From Lachnospiraceae bacterium (GTDB lineage Bacteria > Bacillota > Clostridia > Lachnospirales > Lachnospiraceae): 63,665 bases of DNA. The stretch spans positions 1 through 63,665 of the forward strand of contig JAFWUY010000013.1 of NCBI GenBank assembly GCA_017524035.1. Direction: 5' to 3'. Under the pieces are notes generated by a model. The model worked only from the letters and a program-made list of their open reading frames with translations, ran no database searches and was not told the origin of the DNA. The position numbers and the translations under genes are program-made. Below, in pieces: positions 9,064 through 19,925 of the stretch (the first letter of the stretch is position 1; each line of letters opens with the position of its first letter).

Positions 9064-10266
9064 ATGTGGGTTCAGACCAAGGACCAGATCAATGATTGCA
9101 TAAAGACTTTTGAGAGGGGCGTGGCATATGTCGACCTTGATGCCATTATCTCCAACATGGATTCGATGCATTCCCTTCTCAAAAAAGACACAAGGATGTA
9201 TGCCGTTATCAAGACAAACGGTTACGGACACGGAAGCCTTCCGATAGCCAAGGCTCTCGAGAGCGTTTCCTACGTCAAGGGATATGCCGTGGCAACGGCG
9301 GAAGAAGCTCTTGAACTCCGTGCGGACGGCATAAAAAAAGACATCCTGATCCTCAGCTATACTTTCCCTTATTCTTACGAAAAGCTTATCGCCGAAGATG
9401 TCCGTATCACGGTTTTCAGAAGGGATACACTGGTAAAGCTTTCCGCGGCCGCTGCCGCAGTGGGAAAGAATGCCATAGTCCATATCGCGGTGGATACCGG
9501 AATGGGCAGGATAGGGGTGACACCCGATAAGGACGGTCTTTCCTTTGTTGCGGAGGCACTTGATGCTCCCAATATCATTGTTGAGGGCATATTCACGCAT
9601 CTTGCGAGGGCGGACGAAAAGGATAAGTCTTCGGCACTGGGCCAGCTTAACAGATTTAAGGGTTTTCTTGATGATATTTCCAAACAGGCCGGTGCTGTAA
9701 TTCCCGTTTCCCATATTTCAAACAGCGCCGCTATCCTGGAGCTTCCGGAAAGTTATCTGGATGCCGTAAGGGCCGGTATCACCATGTACGGACTGGCACC
9801 TTCGGATGAGGTTGATATGGATAATATCAGCCTGAAGCCGGCTATGAGCCTGTTCAGCCATATAACGTACGTAAAAAAGGTATATCCGGGACAGAGCATC
9901 AGCTACGGCGGTATCTTTACCGCGGATAAGGAGATGACCGTTGCGACCGTTCCGCTGGGTTACGGCGACGGATATCCCAGGACCCTTACCGGCAAGGGAG
10001 AGGTTCTTGTAAGGGGCAGGAGATGTCCCATTCTCGGAAGGATATGCATGGACCAGTTCATGATCGATGTTTCCTGCTTTGAGGACATAAAGGAAGGCGA
10101 GACGGTTACCCTTCTCGGATATGACGGGGATGAGCATATTTCGGCTGAGGAACTGGGTGAAAAGTCCGGCAGATTCAACTATGAGCTCGTCTGTCTGATC
10201 GGCACCAGGATACCGAGGGTTTACACCCTCCACGGGAACCCTGTTCTTGCTCTCAGTTCCACATAA
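9064..10266 (+). CDS. alr: Alanine racemase
   Basis: AVIKTNGYGHG (PLP lysine), VHIAVDTGMGRIG, SYGG, GYGDGY, GRICMDQ. Confidence 0.96.
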   Translation: MWVQTKDQINDCIKTFERGVAYVDLDAIISNMDSMHSLLKKDTRMYAVIKTNGYGHGSLPIAKALESVSYVKGYAVATAEEALELRADGIKKDILILSYTFPYSYEKLIAEDVRITVFRRDTLVKLSAAAAAVGKNAIVHIAVDTGMGRIGVTPDKDGLSFVAEALDAPNIIVEGIFTHLARADEKDKSSALGQLNRFKGFLDDISKQAGAVIPVSHISNSAAILELPESYLDAVRAGITMYGLAPSDEVDMDNISLKPAMSLFSHITYVKKVYPGQSISYGGIFTADKEMTVATVPLGYGDGYPRTLTGKGEVLVRGRRCPILGRICMDQFMIDVSCFEDIKEGETVTLLGYDGDEHISAEELGEKSGRFNYELVCLIGTRIPRVYTLHGNPVLALSST

Positions 10267-10306
10267 AACAGGCTTTCTGCCATGGTCTTGTTTAGATGTT
10301 TTTTAG

Positions 10307-10335
10307 TTTACTAAACAGGGGCTGAATGGTAAAAT
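10307..10335 (+). promoter_or_regulatory. Putative promoter of yebC (TTTACT-17-TAAAAT, TGn extended)
   Basis: Hexamers at 10307-10312 and 10330-10335. Confidence 0.5.
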
Positions 10336-10384
10336 AAATTGATATGCATAAATTTAAGAAATTATTGAAACGAGAGGTTTAAAA

Positions 10385-11113
10385 ATGTCAGGACATTCCA
10401 AATTTGCAAACATCAAACACAAGAAGGAAAAAAATGATGCCGCAAAGGGAAAGATCTTCACCATCATCGGAAGAGAGATAGCGGTTGCGGTCAAGGAAGG
10501 CGGCCCCGACCCCAACAATAACTTCAAGCTTGCCACCGTTATCGCGAAGGCTAAGGCTAACAATATGCCCAACGATACCATCGAGCGCGGTATCAAGAAG
10601 GCAGCCGGAGAAGGCGGAAACGTCAACTACGAATACATCACCTACGAAGGATACGGTCCCAGCGGTATTGCCATAATCGTTGATACCCTTACCGACAACA
10701 AGAACCGTACCGCCGCAAATGTAAGAGCGGCTTTCACCAAGGGCGGCGGAAATGTCGGAACACCCGGATGCGTATCTTTCATGTTTGACAAGAAGGGTCA
10801 GATCATCGTCGATAAGGAAGAGACCGATCTTTCCGCTGACGATCTTATGATGACCGCACTTGATGCGGGCGCAGAGGACTTCAACGAAGAGGAAGACAGC
10901 TACGAGATCCTTACCGATCCCGACAGCTTCGATGAGGTCAACAAAAAGCTTAATGATGCAGGTATCCCCATGCTCAGTGCAGAGGTTACCATGATCCCCC
11001 AGAACTATGTCGAACTTACCAATGAAGATGACATCAAGTGCCTGAACAGGATACTGGATATCCTTGACGAGGATGATGATGTTCAGAATGTTTACCATAA
11101 CTGGGACGAGTAA
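10385..11113 (+). CDS. yebC: YebC/PmpR family protein
   Basis: [39 protein letters not shown]. Confidence 0.95.
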   Translation: MSGHSKFANIKHKKEKNDAAKGKIFTIIGREIAVAVKEGGPDPNNNFKLATVIAKAKANNMPNDTIERGIKKAAGEGGNVNYEYITYEGYGPSGIAIIVDTLTDNKNRTAANVRAAFTKGGGNVGTPGCVSFMFDKKGQIIVDKEETDLSADDLMMTALDAGAEDFNEEEDSYEILTDPDSFDEVNKKLNDAGIPMLSAEVTMIPQNYVELTNEDDIKCLNRILDILDEDDDVQNVYHNWDE

Positions 11114-11126
11114 TTGATAAGAGGAA

Positions 11127-12098
11127 TTGAAGGAAATGGAACGTCTTGCTATCGTAGTACCCTGCTATAACGAAGAAGAAGTACTGGAGATGAGCTCCGA
11201 GGCTCTCAGGGGAGTTCTCGACGACCTCATCGATAAGCGTAAGATATCTGAAGACAGCTTTGTCATGTTTGTAAATGACGGAAGTAAGGACAAAACATGG
11301 GAGCTGATAGAATCCGAGCATCAGAAATACCCCTATCAGGTATACGGAGTGAAGCTTGCGAAGAATGTCGGTCATCAGTATGCGCTTACCGCCGGACTTA
11401 TTACGGCAGCCGATCTTTGCGACATATGCGTTTCCATCGATGCCGATCTTCAGGATGACGTATCGGTAATAGAGTACATGGTGGATAAGTACCATGATGG
11501 CTGTGACATCGTTTACGGTGTAAGGAAGGAGAGAAAGACAGATACCTTCTTCAAGAGATTCACCGCTCAGTCCTTCTATAAGCTTATGGCTCATATGGGA
11601 GTCAATACCGTGTACAACCATGCGGATTTCAGACTCATGAGCTGCAGGGCACTGAGACAGTTCTCCAACTACCGTGAGTACAATCTTTTCCTGAGAGGCA
11701 TCGTTCCCCTCATCTGATACAAGACCGACTGTGTATATTATGACAGAAAGGAAAGAGCCGCAGGCGTTTCCAAGTATCCTCTCAAGAAGATGCTCGCACT
11801 TGCTTTTGACGGTATCTCATCATTTTCGACCAGACCCATCGATCTTATACTGACTGCCGGATTTGTTATCGTTTTCCTTTCATTCCTGGCATTTATCTAT
11901 GCGCTTGTTTCGTATTTTACAGGCAATGTCGAACCCGGATGGACTTCGATCATCATCTCGATCTGGTTCCTCGGCGGAATGCAGCTCCTTGCGATCGGAC
12001 TTGTCGGTAAGTATGTGGGCAAGACATACATTGAAGTAAAGCACAGACCCAGATATAACATTGAAAAGGTTTTAACTGATGAATCTCCGGAAAACTAA
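11127..12098 (+). pseudogene. GT2 polyprenol-phosphate glycosyltransferase (GtrB/YkoT-like) interrupted by an in-frame TGA at 11715-11717
   Basis: VVPCYNEE, VNDGSKD, IDADLQD, HADFRLMS; the frame continues after TGA as YKTDCVYYDRKERAAGVSKYPLKKML into the two C-terminal TM helices (323 codons in total). Confidence 0.85.
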
Positions 12099-14364
12099 AG
12101 TCAGCATTGCCACAAATGCGATATATGTTCTTGTCGCCAGTCTTTTTTCAATACTTGCGATAATGGATGCGGCTAAGCAGCTCGGTTATTCCTATCTGCC
12201 CGGTCTCATTACGTTTGGCGTTTTTGCTGTTATCGGACTTGTCCTTTGGAAAGTCTTTTCACTTTTTTCAAATTCCGATCAGGTTAAGGCCATTTTCGAA
12301 AAGGGAGACACACTGGGTCTTCTTGTTTTTGCTGTACTGATCATTGCTTCGATCATTTTCAGGGTTGCTTCGTATGCCTGGAACGGCCTCGGAGGAACCA
12401 TCTATTTCGAGCAGGCTAAGGTTACGGGCAGCCAGCTCACCCATTATGTACATGCATGTGACGACTGGTATATTGCCGGTCTCCATGCAATCTTTTTTCT
12501 TTTCGGGAACCGTATCTTCATAGCTGCAATATTCAACTGTATCCTTCAGCTTGCAGCGGTTGTCCTCGGATTCTTTGCATTTCGTAAGATGCTCGGTATC
12601 ATTCCCGCTTTATTCTTCACCGGATTCTGGTCCATAACCGGTTTTTCGGTTCACGAAGCGCTTACTCTCAATTCAAGAAATCTTGTTTTCCTTCTCATGA
12701 TGCTTGCGCTCTTTGCCATAAGCAAATGTGTGCCCGCAACCGGAGGGAAGTTCATATGCTACCTGGTGTCGGGAATTCTTACCGCGATCTGTATTTATGC
12801 GGACATCATCGGAATTGCCCTTATTCCTTTTATTATCGGAATAGTGTTCAATGATCTTTCCGATGAGGAAACCGATATCGGGCTCAGGCTCAGGAAGATG
12901 CTGTTCACTCTGATCTCCGTGGTCTTCGGGCTGGTGCTCATCATTTTCCTGGATTCCTATCTCAGTTCATCCAATCCTTCGGATGTCATGAATTCCGTAC
13001 TTTCTCTTTACGGTCCTTCCAAGGGATTCACATTCGGATTTACTTATCTGACCTCTTATATCGAGGTTACTGTAATTGCGGTGATCGTTTCCCTGGGGCT
13101 TTTTGTCTGCTTCCTTGCGGAAAAGGATTCCAAGTCGATACTCCTGCTTTCGATAGCGATCGTTGCACTCATCAACAATTTCGGACTTACCTATCTCGAG
13201 AATGACGGAAGAGAGATCTTCTTTGCATTTGCCGCTCTTTTTGCGGGAAGCGCATTCAGGGAGCTTTTTCCCGATGAGGTACAGGGTAATATATTCAAGG
13301 CAAGCTCGGATCTTTATGACAACGAATTCACCGCACCCGATAAGGGATATGTTCCCGCGGGTGTCAAGAACTCGGCAGATCTTTCCGATGACGATTTCGG
13401 CGACATCGGCGACGGTATGACCGATACCTCCGCCGTTCCCGCATCGGCACAAAAGAGTGAAGAGACACCTGCCGCTGCGGAGGTCGATAAAGTGCAGAAT
13501 ACCGAAGTGAACAAGGCTGAAGAAAAGAAAGATGATGTTTTCGAATATCCGGCATTTGACTCGGCACCCATAGCAAAAGCTCATACAGCCGATGCAGCCG
13601 GTGTGGCAAATACATCAAACGCCGCAAATGCCGCAAGCGCTGCCAATACCGCAAATGCTTCAGGCGTTCCGAGAGTTCATCTTTCCGAGGCCGCACTTGC
13701 CGCTAAGGCAGCAAGGGATGCCGAGAAGGCTTCTGAAAACAATCGGGGTGAAAACAATGCTGCCGGTAAAAAGGATGAGAGTTCCGAGGTTAATCAGGAA
13801 GAGACTCCCGCAGACAGAAGGATCATTCCCGGTTCCGCAATAATGCCCGGAACTTACTCTTCGGTAAAGCAGCAGAACACTTCCGAGAATAAGGAAGAAG
13901 AGAAGACTGAAGAAAAGACTGTAGAAAAGCAGGATCAGTCATCTTCCGAAAAAGAAGAGAATAAACCAGAAAGACCCAAGACCTACAGCACATATACATA
14001 TCAGAAACCCCAGCTCAGACCTGAATTCAGAAGAAGGCCGGGTGCATGGGCGCAGTCGTATCTGGACAAGGATAAGGACAAGATCGGATCCGCACTTGCT
14101 TCCGGAAACGGTGACAAGAATGAAGAAAAGGTCCGTGATGAGGAGAAGAAGGCTCCCGAGACTAAGGCTCAGGAATCCAAAGCTCCGGCAAAAGAGGAGA
14201 AGAAACCCGAGATTGCTCCCAACGGTGCCGTTCTTCTGGATAATCCCATTCCTCATCCCGCAAGGAAGACTGAGCACAAGAATATGGAATATGATGTTAA
14301 TGTCGATGATTCATCACTGCATTATGACATCAACATTTCCGATAATGATGATTTCGATGTTTAA
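12079..14364 (+). CDS. Polytopic membrane protein (GT-C/ArnT-PMT-like N-terminus) with a long disordered C-terminal tail
   Basis: About 11-12 hydrophobic segments in the first ~395 aa, then ~350 aa rich in A/E/K/S/N; overlaps the GT2 gene end. The GT-C call is inference from topology and context. Confidence 0.65.
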   Translation: MNLRKTKVSIATNAIYVLVASLFSILAIMDAAKQLGYSYLPGLITFGVFAVIGLVLWKVFSLFSNSDQVKAIFEKGDTLGLLVFAVLIIASIIFRVASYAWNGLGGTIYFEQAKVTGSQLTHYVHACDDWYIAGLHAIFFLFGNRIFIAAIFNCILQLAAVVLGFFAFRKMLGIIPALFFTGFWSITGFSVHEALTLNSRNLVFLLMMLALFAISKCVPATGGKFICYLVSGILTAICIYADIIGIALIPFIIGIVFNDLSDEETDIGLRLRKMLFTLISVVFGLVLIIFLDSYLSSSNPSDVMNSVLSLYGPSKGFTFGFTYLTSYIEVTVIAVIVSLGLFVCFLAEKDSKSILLLSIAIVALINNFGLTYLENDGREIFFAFAALFAGSAFRELFPDEVQGNIFKASSDLYDNEFTAPDKGYVPAGVKNSADLSDDDFGDIGDGMTDTSAVPASAQKSEETPAAAEVDKVQNTEVNKAEEKKDDVFEYPAFDSAPIAKAHTADAAGVANTSNAANAASAANTANASGVPRVHLSEAALAAKAARDAEKASENNRGENNAAGKKDESSEVNQEETPADRRIIPGSAIMPGTYSSVKQQNTSENKEEEKTEEKTVEKQDQSSSEKEENKPERPKTYSTYTYQKPQLRPEFRRRPGAWAQSYLDKDKDKIGSALASGNGDKNEEKVRDEEKKAPETKAQESKAPAKEEKKPEIAPNGAVLLDNPIPHPARKTEHKNMEYDVNVDDSSLHYDINISDNDDFDV
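13604..13662 (+). repeat. Degenerate 9-bp coding tandem repeat (ANTSNAANAASAANTANAS)
   Basis: GCAAATGCC/GCAAGCGCT/GCCAATACC/GCAAATGCT units. Confidence 0.6.
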
Positions 14365-14380
14365 AGGATAGTTTTTTCAA

Positions 14381-17341
14381 ATGGCATCAAGACCTACCGG
14401 TAACAACAGAAATACCCACAGGCCTCAGAGAGGCGGACAAAGATCCGGCAGCGGAAGACCTTCATCCGCACCCAGGGGCGGTTCGGGAAGAAACAGCGGA
14501 TATGATGACGACGGCTCACGTAATGTCCTTATAACGGTCATTATCGTAGGCGTCGCCCTGTTTTTGTCTCTTTGTAATTTCGGACTGTGCGGCGGATTCG
14601 GAAATAAGATCTCAAATATCTTTTTCGGCGCATTCGGATTCGAAAGCTATATAGCTCCCGTGTTCATCGGCGGAATGGTCGTATGGGGACTTTATATGGG
14701 AGAAAGGGATTATCTTCTTCCCGTGCGTATGAGCGGGGCTGTCGGCCTGTTTCTCATACTCGGCATTTTCTCGGATCTTCTTTCCGGAAATGCCGCAAAT
14801 CTTGAAAGCTACAACGCGGGCGATCTCTACAGACTTTCGTCAGACGGCAGAAACGGCGGAGGAGTTATTTCCGGAAGTCTTTCCTTTGCGCTTATCAAGA
14901 ATATCGGAAAGGCAGGATGTGTCATCATCTGCCTGCTGCTTCTGATCATATGTCTGTTTGCGATAAATAAAACTTTCTTTGCGGAGCTCTTTAAGAATAT
15001 CGTTCTTAACGCAAGCGACAGATCGGGAGAGATCATTGAAAACTCAAGGATGAGAAGGGAAGAGAGAAGACTTCGTCTCGAACAGGGTGAGGATACTCTT
15101 GCACTTCCCGATAAAACATCCGGTGAATATGAGGATGACGGAACGGATGAACCGGCTCCTTCGACCGCACTTACGGTTACCGAGAAGATGCGTAAGGAGC
15201 GTTCGGGCAAGAAAGAAGTATTCGAATCCGTTTCCGGAAGCTTCGAGAACTGGAAGAACAATGTAAAGAAGCGCACCGAAGACGGCCGCATCAGAAAAGA
15301 AGCTGAAAAGAAGGAAAAAGAAGAAACACTCGATGCAAAGGAGCTTCTCAGGACCACAAAGGCTCCCGTGCACGGTGAGCAGTTCAGGGAAAAGCATACC
15401 GGAGAGATGCATGAGCTTTCATACTCCGGGTATGATGACGAATACATAGACGAACCCGCAGAGGATGATGCAAAGGGAACCTGGTACGATCCGGACAAAC
15501 GTCCCGGAGCCTTGGGAGAAGCATCGGCCGATGAATATGATGATGTTCCCGAAGAGACCGATCTCGGATTCGAAAGAGTTCCCGTAAAGTCGGATCACAG
15601 GATCAATCTTACAAATGAATTCGATAAATACGATACCGCACCTCTTCCTTTGACCCGGCCTGCCGTCTCTCCGGAGGTAAGTGCGCCCGAAAAAGCAACC
15701 GCGCCCGCGCGTAAGGCTTCCATATTTCGCGAAGAGCCCCCGGCTCCCAAAAAGCCGATCGGCAAATTCAATTACAAGGCTCCCGGTCTTGATGCTCTTA
15801 AGAAGGGAACCGGTTCGGGCAAGGGTTCTGCTACCGAAGTCAAGGATGTACAGACCAAGCTGATCGAAACACTTTCCTCATTCGGCATTGAAGCCGAGAT
15901 GGGAAATTACAGCAAGGGACCGACTGTAACAAGATATGAACTTACCGTCAACCAGGGAACCAAGCTTTCGAAGGTCGTAGGTCTTTCCGATGAGATCAAG
16001 ATGGCGCTTGCCGCTACGGATATAAGGATCGAAGCTCCTATCCCCGGGAAAAGCGCAATAGGTATCGAGGTTCCGAATATCAAAGCTGAACCCGTACTTC
16101 TCGGAGATCTTCTTTCCAGCAAAGAGTTCAGGGATTCCAAGGATTCTCTTTCCTTTGCCGTAGGTAAGGATATCGAGGGTAAGACCGTTGTTGCCAATAT
16201 CGCGGATTTCCCTCATGTGCTGATCGCGGGTACGACCGGTTCGGGTAAGTCGGTCTGCATCAACACCCTGATCCTCAGCCTTCTGTACAAATCCTCACCC
16301 GAGAACGTACAGCTGATGCTCGTTGATCCTAAGGTTGTAGAGCTTAAAGTATATAACGGAATCCCTCATCTTCCTTTTGATGTTGTCACAAAACCCAAGG
16401 CTGCATCGGAGATGCTCAAGTGGGCCGTAAGTGAGATGGAGAGAAGATACCGTCTCTTTGCCGACAGGGAAGTAAGGGATATCGAAGGATATAACACATA
16501 TATTGAGGATGTGAACGCAGGAAGGAGAGAACCCGTTCCCGCTGACACATATGAAGAGAGCGATTCACTCACACCCGCCCTCAGAAAGCTTCCCCGTATA
16601 GTCATCATAATCGACGAGCTTGCCGATCTTATGATGGTTGCCGCCAAGGAAGTTGAGGAATCGATCGTACGTCTTGCACAGCTTGCAAGAGCGTGCGGAA
16701 TGCATCTCGTAGTGGCTACGCAGCGTCCTTCGGTTGATGTCATTACCGGTCTCATCAAAGCAAATATGCCGAGCCGTGTGGCATTTGCCGTTTCGTCCGG
16801 TGTGGATTCCAGAACAATACTTGATACCGTCGGTGCCGAAAAACTCCTCGGAAAGGGCGATATGCTTTTCTATCCGAAGGGTAAGATGAAGCCCGAAAGA
16901 CTTCAGGGTGCATTTGTATCTGACAAGGAAGTGACCGATGTCACATCCAGACTCAGGAACGAATACAGGAATTCCGCATTCAGGAATCCTCTTGAGGGCG
17001 TTGACGGAATAGACGATCTGAAAAAGAGGATCATAGATATTGAGAACGGTGTCGATCCGAGTGCTTCGTCTTCATCTTCGTCGTTTTCATCATCCGGCAA
17101 TTCCGTATTCGGAGATGAACTGTTTGTTGAAGCGGGTAAATATATCATCCGAAGCAAAAAGGCTTCCATCGGTTATCTTCAGAGAGTTCTCAAGATCGGA
17201 TTTAACCGTGCGGCAAGGATCATGGATGAGCTTGCGGATAACGGAGTCGTCGGACAGGAGCAGGGAACAAAGCCCAGGGATATCCTGATGACTGAAGAAA
17301 TGTTTGAAGCATATGTTGCCCAAAAAAGCGGCGGAGACTAA
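14381..17341 (+). CDS. ftsK: DNA translocase FtsK/SpoIIIE
   Basis: N-terminal TM domain, PHVLIAGTTGSGKS, IIIDELADLM, LVVATQRPS, C-terminal gamma domain IGFNRAARIMD. Confidence 0.96.
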   Translation: MASRPTGNNRNTHRPQRGGQRSGSGRPSSAPRGGSGRNSGYDDDGSRNVLITVIIVGVALFLSLCNFGLCGGFGNKISNIFFGAFGFESYIAPVFIGGMVVWGLYMGERDYLLPVRMSGAVGLFLILGIFSDLLSGNAANLESYNAGDLYRLSSDGRNGGGVISGSLSFALIKNIGKAGCVIICLLLLIICLFAINKTFFAELFKNIVLNASDRSGEIIENSRMRREERRLRLEQGEDTLALPDKTSGEYEDDGTDEPAPSTALTVTEKMRKERSGKKEVFESVSGSFENWKNNVKKRTEDGRIRKEAEKKEKEETLDAKELLRTTKAPVHGEQFREKHTGEMHELSYSGYDDEYIDEPAEDDAKGTWYDPDKRPGALGEASADEYDDVPEETDLGFERVPVKSDHRINLTNEFDKYDTAPLPLTRPAVSPEVSAPEKATAPARKASIFREEPPAPKKPIGKFNYKAPGLDALKKGTGSGKGSATEVKDVQTKLIETLSSFGIEAEMGNYSKGPTVTRYELTVNQGTKLSKVVGLSDEIKMALAATDIRIEAPIPGKSAIGIEVPNIKAEPVLLGDLLSSKEFRDSKDSLSFAVGKDIEGKTVVANIADFPHVLIAGTTGSGKSVCINTLILSLLYKSSPENVQLMLVDPKVVELKVYNGIPHLPFDVVTKPKAASEMLKWAVSEMERRYRLFADREVRDIEGYNTYIEDVNAGRREPVPADTYEESDSLTPALRKLPRIVIIIDELADLMMVAAKEVEESIVRLAQLARACGMHLVVATQRPSVDVITGLIKANMPSRVAFAVSSGVDSRTILDTVGAEKLLGKGDMLFYPKGKMKPERLQGAFVSDKEVTDVTSRLRNEYRNSAFRNPLEGVDGIDDLKKRIIDIENGVDPSASSSSSSFSSSGNSVFGDELFVEAGKYIIRSKKASIGYLQRVLKIGFNRAARIMDELADNGVVGQEQGTKPRDILMTEEMFEAYVAQKSGGD

Positions 17342-17373
17342 TAAATTAATATAATAAACAGGTGGGAAAAGAA

Positions 17374-19041
17374 ATGAAATCAGATATTGAAATAGCACAG
17401 GAATGTACAATGCTTCCCATTGCGCAGGTGGCTGCGAAGGTCGGGATCTCGGAGGATGACCTCGATCTTTACGGAAAGTACAAGGCTAAACTTACCGATG
17501 AATGCATAAAGAAGCTTTCCTCGGAAAAGGACGGAAAACTTATTCTTGTTACGGCTATAAATCCCACACCCGCAGGTGAAGGAAAGACAACCGTGACCGT
17601 CGGACTCGGCGAAGCATTCGCAAAGCTTGATAAGAAGGCGATCATTGCATTAAGAGAGCCTTCGCTCGGCCCTTGCTTCGGAATAAAGGGCGGTGCCGCA
17701 GGCGGCGGAATGGCACAGGTCGTTCCCATGGAGGATCTCAACCTTCATTTCACCGGCGATTTCCATGCTATCACCAGTGCGAACAATCTTCTTGCAGCAC
17801 TTCTCGATAATCATATCCAGCAGGGAAATGTAAAGAGGATCGATTCCAGAAGCGTTGTCTGGAAGAGATGCATGGATATGAACGACAGGGCTCTCCGTAA
17901 TATTGTCGTGGGTCTCGGAAGCAAGAGCGACGGATTTGTAAGGGAAGATCATTTCGTTATCACCGTTGCAAGTGAGATCATGGCTGTCCTTTGCCTTGCC
18001 GAGGATCTTAAGGACCTTAAGCGCAGACTCGGCCGCATCATCGTTGCATACGATCTTGACGGCAATCCCGTTACTGCAGAAGATATTCAGGCAGTCGGTG
18101 CAATGACCGCCCTTCTCAAGGATGCGATCAGACCCAACATCATTCAGACACTTGAACATACTCCCGCCATAGTTCACGGCGGACCTTTCGCAAATATAGC
18201 TCACGGATGCAACTCCGTTATCGCAACAAGAACCGCACTTAAGCTTGCCGATTATTGCATAACCGAAGCCGGCTTCGGAGCGGATCTCGGTGCCGAGAAG
18301 TTCCTCGACATCAAGTGCAGACAGGCAGGACTTACTCCCAGCGCCGTTGTTCTTGTCGCAACCGTAAGAGCATTAAAGTATAACGGCGGAGTGCCCAAGG
18401 ACCAGCTCGGTACCGAAAACCTCGATGCACTTAAGAAGGGAATCGAAAATCTCGGAAAGCATATCGAGAATATCCAGAGCTACGGACTTCCCGTTGTTGT
18501 CGCACTCAATGCATTCGTATCCGATACCGATGCGGAGATCAAATTCGTCAAGGAGTACTGTGCATCCAAGAACTGCACCATGAGCGTTGCACGTGTATGG
18601 GAAAAAGGCGGAGAGGGAGGAACCGAGCTTGCCGAGCTTGTCATCAAAGCTGCCGAAGAGAAGTCGGACTTTAAGTTCTGTTATCCCGACGATCTTTCCA
18701 TCACCGGGAAGATCGAAGCTGTCGCAAAGAAGATCTACGGTGCGGACGGCGTGGATATCGCTTCGTCAGCGGCAAAACAGATTGCCAAGATAGAAGAGAT
18801 GGGATTCGGAAATCTTCCCGTTTGCATGGCGAAGACCCAGTATTCGCTTTCGGACGATCCTGCGCTTCTCGGAAGACCCGAGGGCTTCAAGGTTCATGTA
18901 AGGGAAGTGTATGTAAGTGCAGGTGCAGGATTTGTCGTAGTACTTACCGGTTCGATAATGACCATGCCGGGTCTTTCCAAGTCTCCCGCAGCCTACAGGA
19001 TAGATGTGGATGATGACGGCAAGATTGTCGGATTATTCTAA
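17374..19041 (+). CDS. fhs: Formate--tetrahydrofolate ligase
   Basis: [49 protein letters not shown]. Confidence 0.97.
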   Translation: MKSDIEIAQECTMLPIAQVAAKVGISEDDLDLYGKYKAKLTDECIKKLSSEKDGKLILVTAINPTPAGEGKTTVTVGLGEAFAKLDKKAIIALREPSLGPCFGIKGGAAGGGMAQVVPMEDLNLHFTGDFHAITSANNLLAALLDNHIQQGNVKRIDSRSVVWKRCMDMNDRALRNIVVGLGSKSDGFVREDHFVITVASEIMAVLCLAEDLKDLKRRLGRIIVAYDLDGNPVTAEDIQAVGAMTALLKDAIRPNIIQTLEHTPAIVHGGPFANIAHGCNSVIATRTALKLADYCITEAGFGADLGAEKFLDIKCRQAGLTPSAVVLVATVRALKYNGGVPKDQLGTENLDALKKGIENLGKHIENIQSYGLPVVVALNAFVSDTDAEIKFVKEYCASKNCTMSVARVWEKGGEGGTELAELVIKAAEEKSDFKFCYPDDLSITGKIEAVAKKIYGADGVDIASSAAKQIAKIEEMGFGNLPVCMAKTQYSLSDDPALLGRPEGFKVHVREVYVSAGAGFVVVLTGSIMTMPGLSKSPAAYRIDVDDDGKIVGLF

Positions 19042-19058
19042 TAAACAGAGGATTGAAA

Positions 19059-19901
19059 ATGGCTAAGATCATAGACGGAAAAGCAATATCACAGGCAGTA
19101 AAGGATGAGATAAAAGCGAAGACCGCAGAGCTTCAGGCGAAGGGTATCACCGCAACGCTTGCGGTAATACTTGTCGGCGAAGACCCCGCATCGCAGGTAT
19201 ATGTCAAGAATAAAAAGAAAGCCTGTGAGTACTGCGGAATAAGATCCCTTTCTTATGAACTTCCCGCAGACACAACCGAAGACAAGCTTTTAGGGCTTAT
19301 TGATGAGCTCAATAAAAGAGATGATGTAAACGGAATTCTCGTACAGCTTCCCCTTCCCAAGGGAATGGATGAAGACAAGATACTTGATGCCATTTCCCCC
19401 GATAAGGATGTGGACGGTTTCCATCCCGTCAATGTCGGAAAGCTTTCCATCGGCAAGAAGGGATTTGTAAGCTGCACACCTGCCGGTGTGATCCAGCTTC
19501 TTAAGAGATCCGATATCGAGATCAGCGGAAAAGAATGCGTTGTGATCGGAAGAAGCAACATAGTGGGAAAGCCTATGTCCATGCTGCTTCTTAAGGAAAA
19601 CGGAACAGTTACCGTCTGCCACTCCCGTACCAAGGACCTCAGGGAAGTTACAAAGAGAGCTGACATACTTGTTGTTGCCATCGGCAAACCTAAGTTTATC
19701 GATGCGTCATATGTCAGGGAAGGTGCTGTGGTGATCGATGTGGGCATCCACAGGATGGAAGACGGAAAGCTCTGCGGAGATGTTGATTACGCATCCGTCG
19801 AGCCCGTTGCATCGGCGATCACCCCGGTTCCGGGAGGTGTGGGCCCCATGACCATTGCAATGCTTATGTATAACTGTCTTTCGTCCGTATGTGAAGACTG
19901 A
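19059..19901 (+). CDS. folD: Bifunctional methylene-THF dehydrogenase/cyclohydrolase
   Basis: GILVQLPLP, KDVDGFHP, GRSNIVGKP, TPVPGGVGPMT. Confidence 0.97.
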   Translation: MAKIIDGKAISQAVKDEIKAKTAELQAKGITATLAVILVGEDPASQVYVKNKKKACEYCGIRSLSYELPADTTEDKLLGLIDELNKRDDVNGILVQLPLPKGMDEDKILDAISPDKDVDGFHPVNVGKLSIGKKGFVSCTPAGVIQLLKRSDIEISGKECVVIGRSNIVGKPMSMLLLKENGTVTVCHSRTKDLREVTKRADILVVAIGKPKFIDASYVREGAVVIDVGIHRMEDGKLCGDVDYASVEPVASAITPVPGGVGPMTIAMLMYNCLSSVCED

Positions 19902-19925
19902 AGATCATAACGATACGCCGATCAT

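Noticed and set aside
8890-11621. Other long antisense ORFs (274, 171, 236 and 195 aa)
   Set aside because: They are antisense to alr, yebC and the GT2 gene and are explained by codon bias; no motifs.
11715-11717. TGA as selenocysteine or as Gly (genetic code 25)
   Set aside because: The position corresponds to Gly rather than Cys, no SECIS-like hairpin is evident, and many genes here (icd, folD, nfnB, tgt, serC, serA) end normally in TGA.
17341-17374. ZTP or THF riboswitch upstream of fhs-folD
   Set aside because: The intergenic gap is only about 32 nt of AT-rich sequence.
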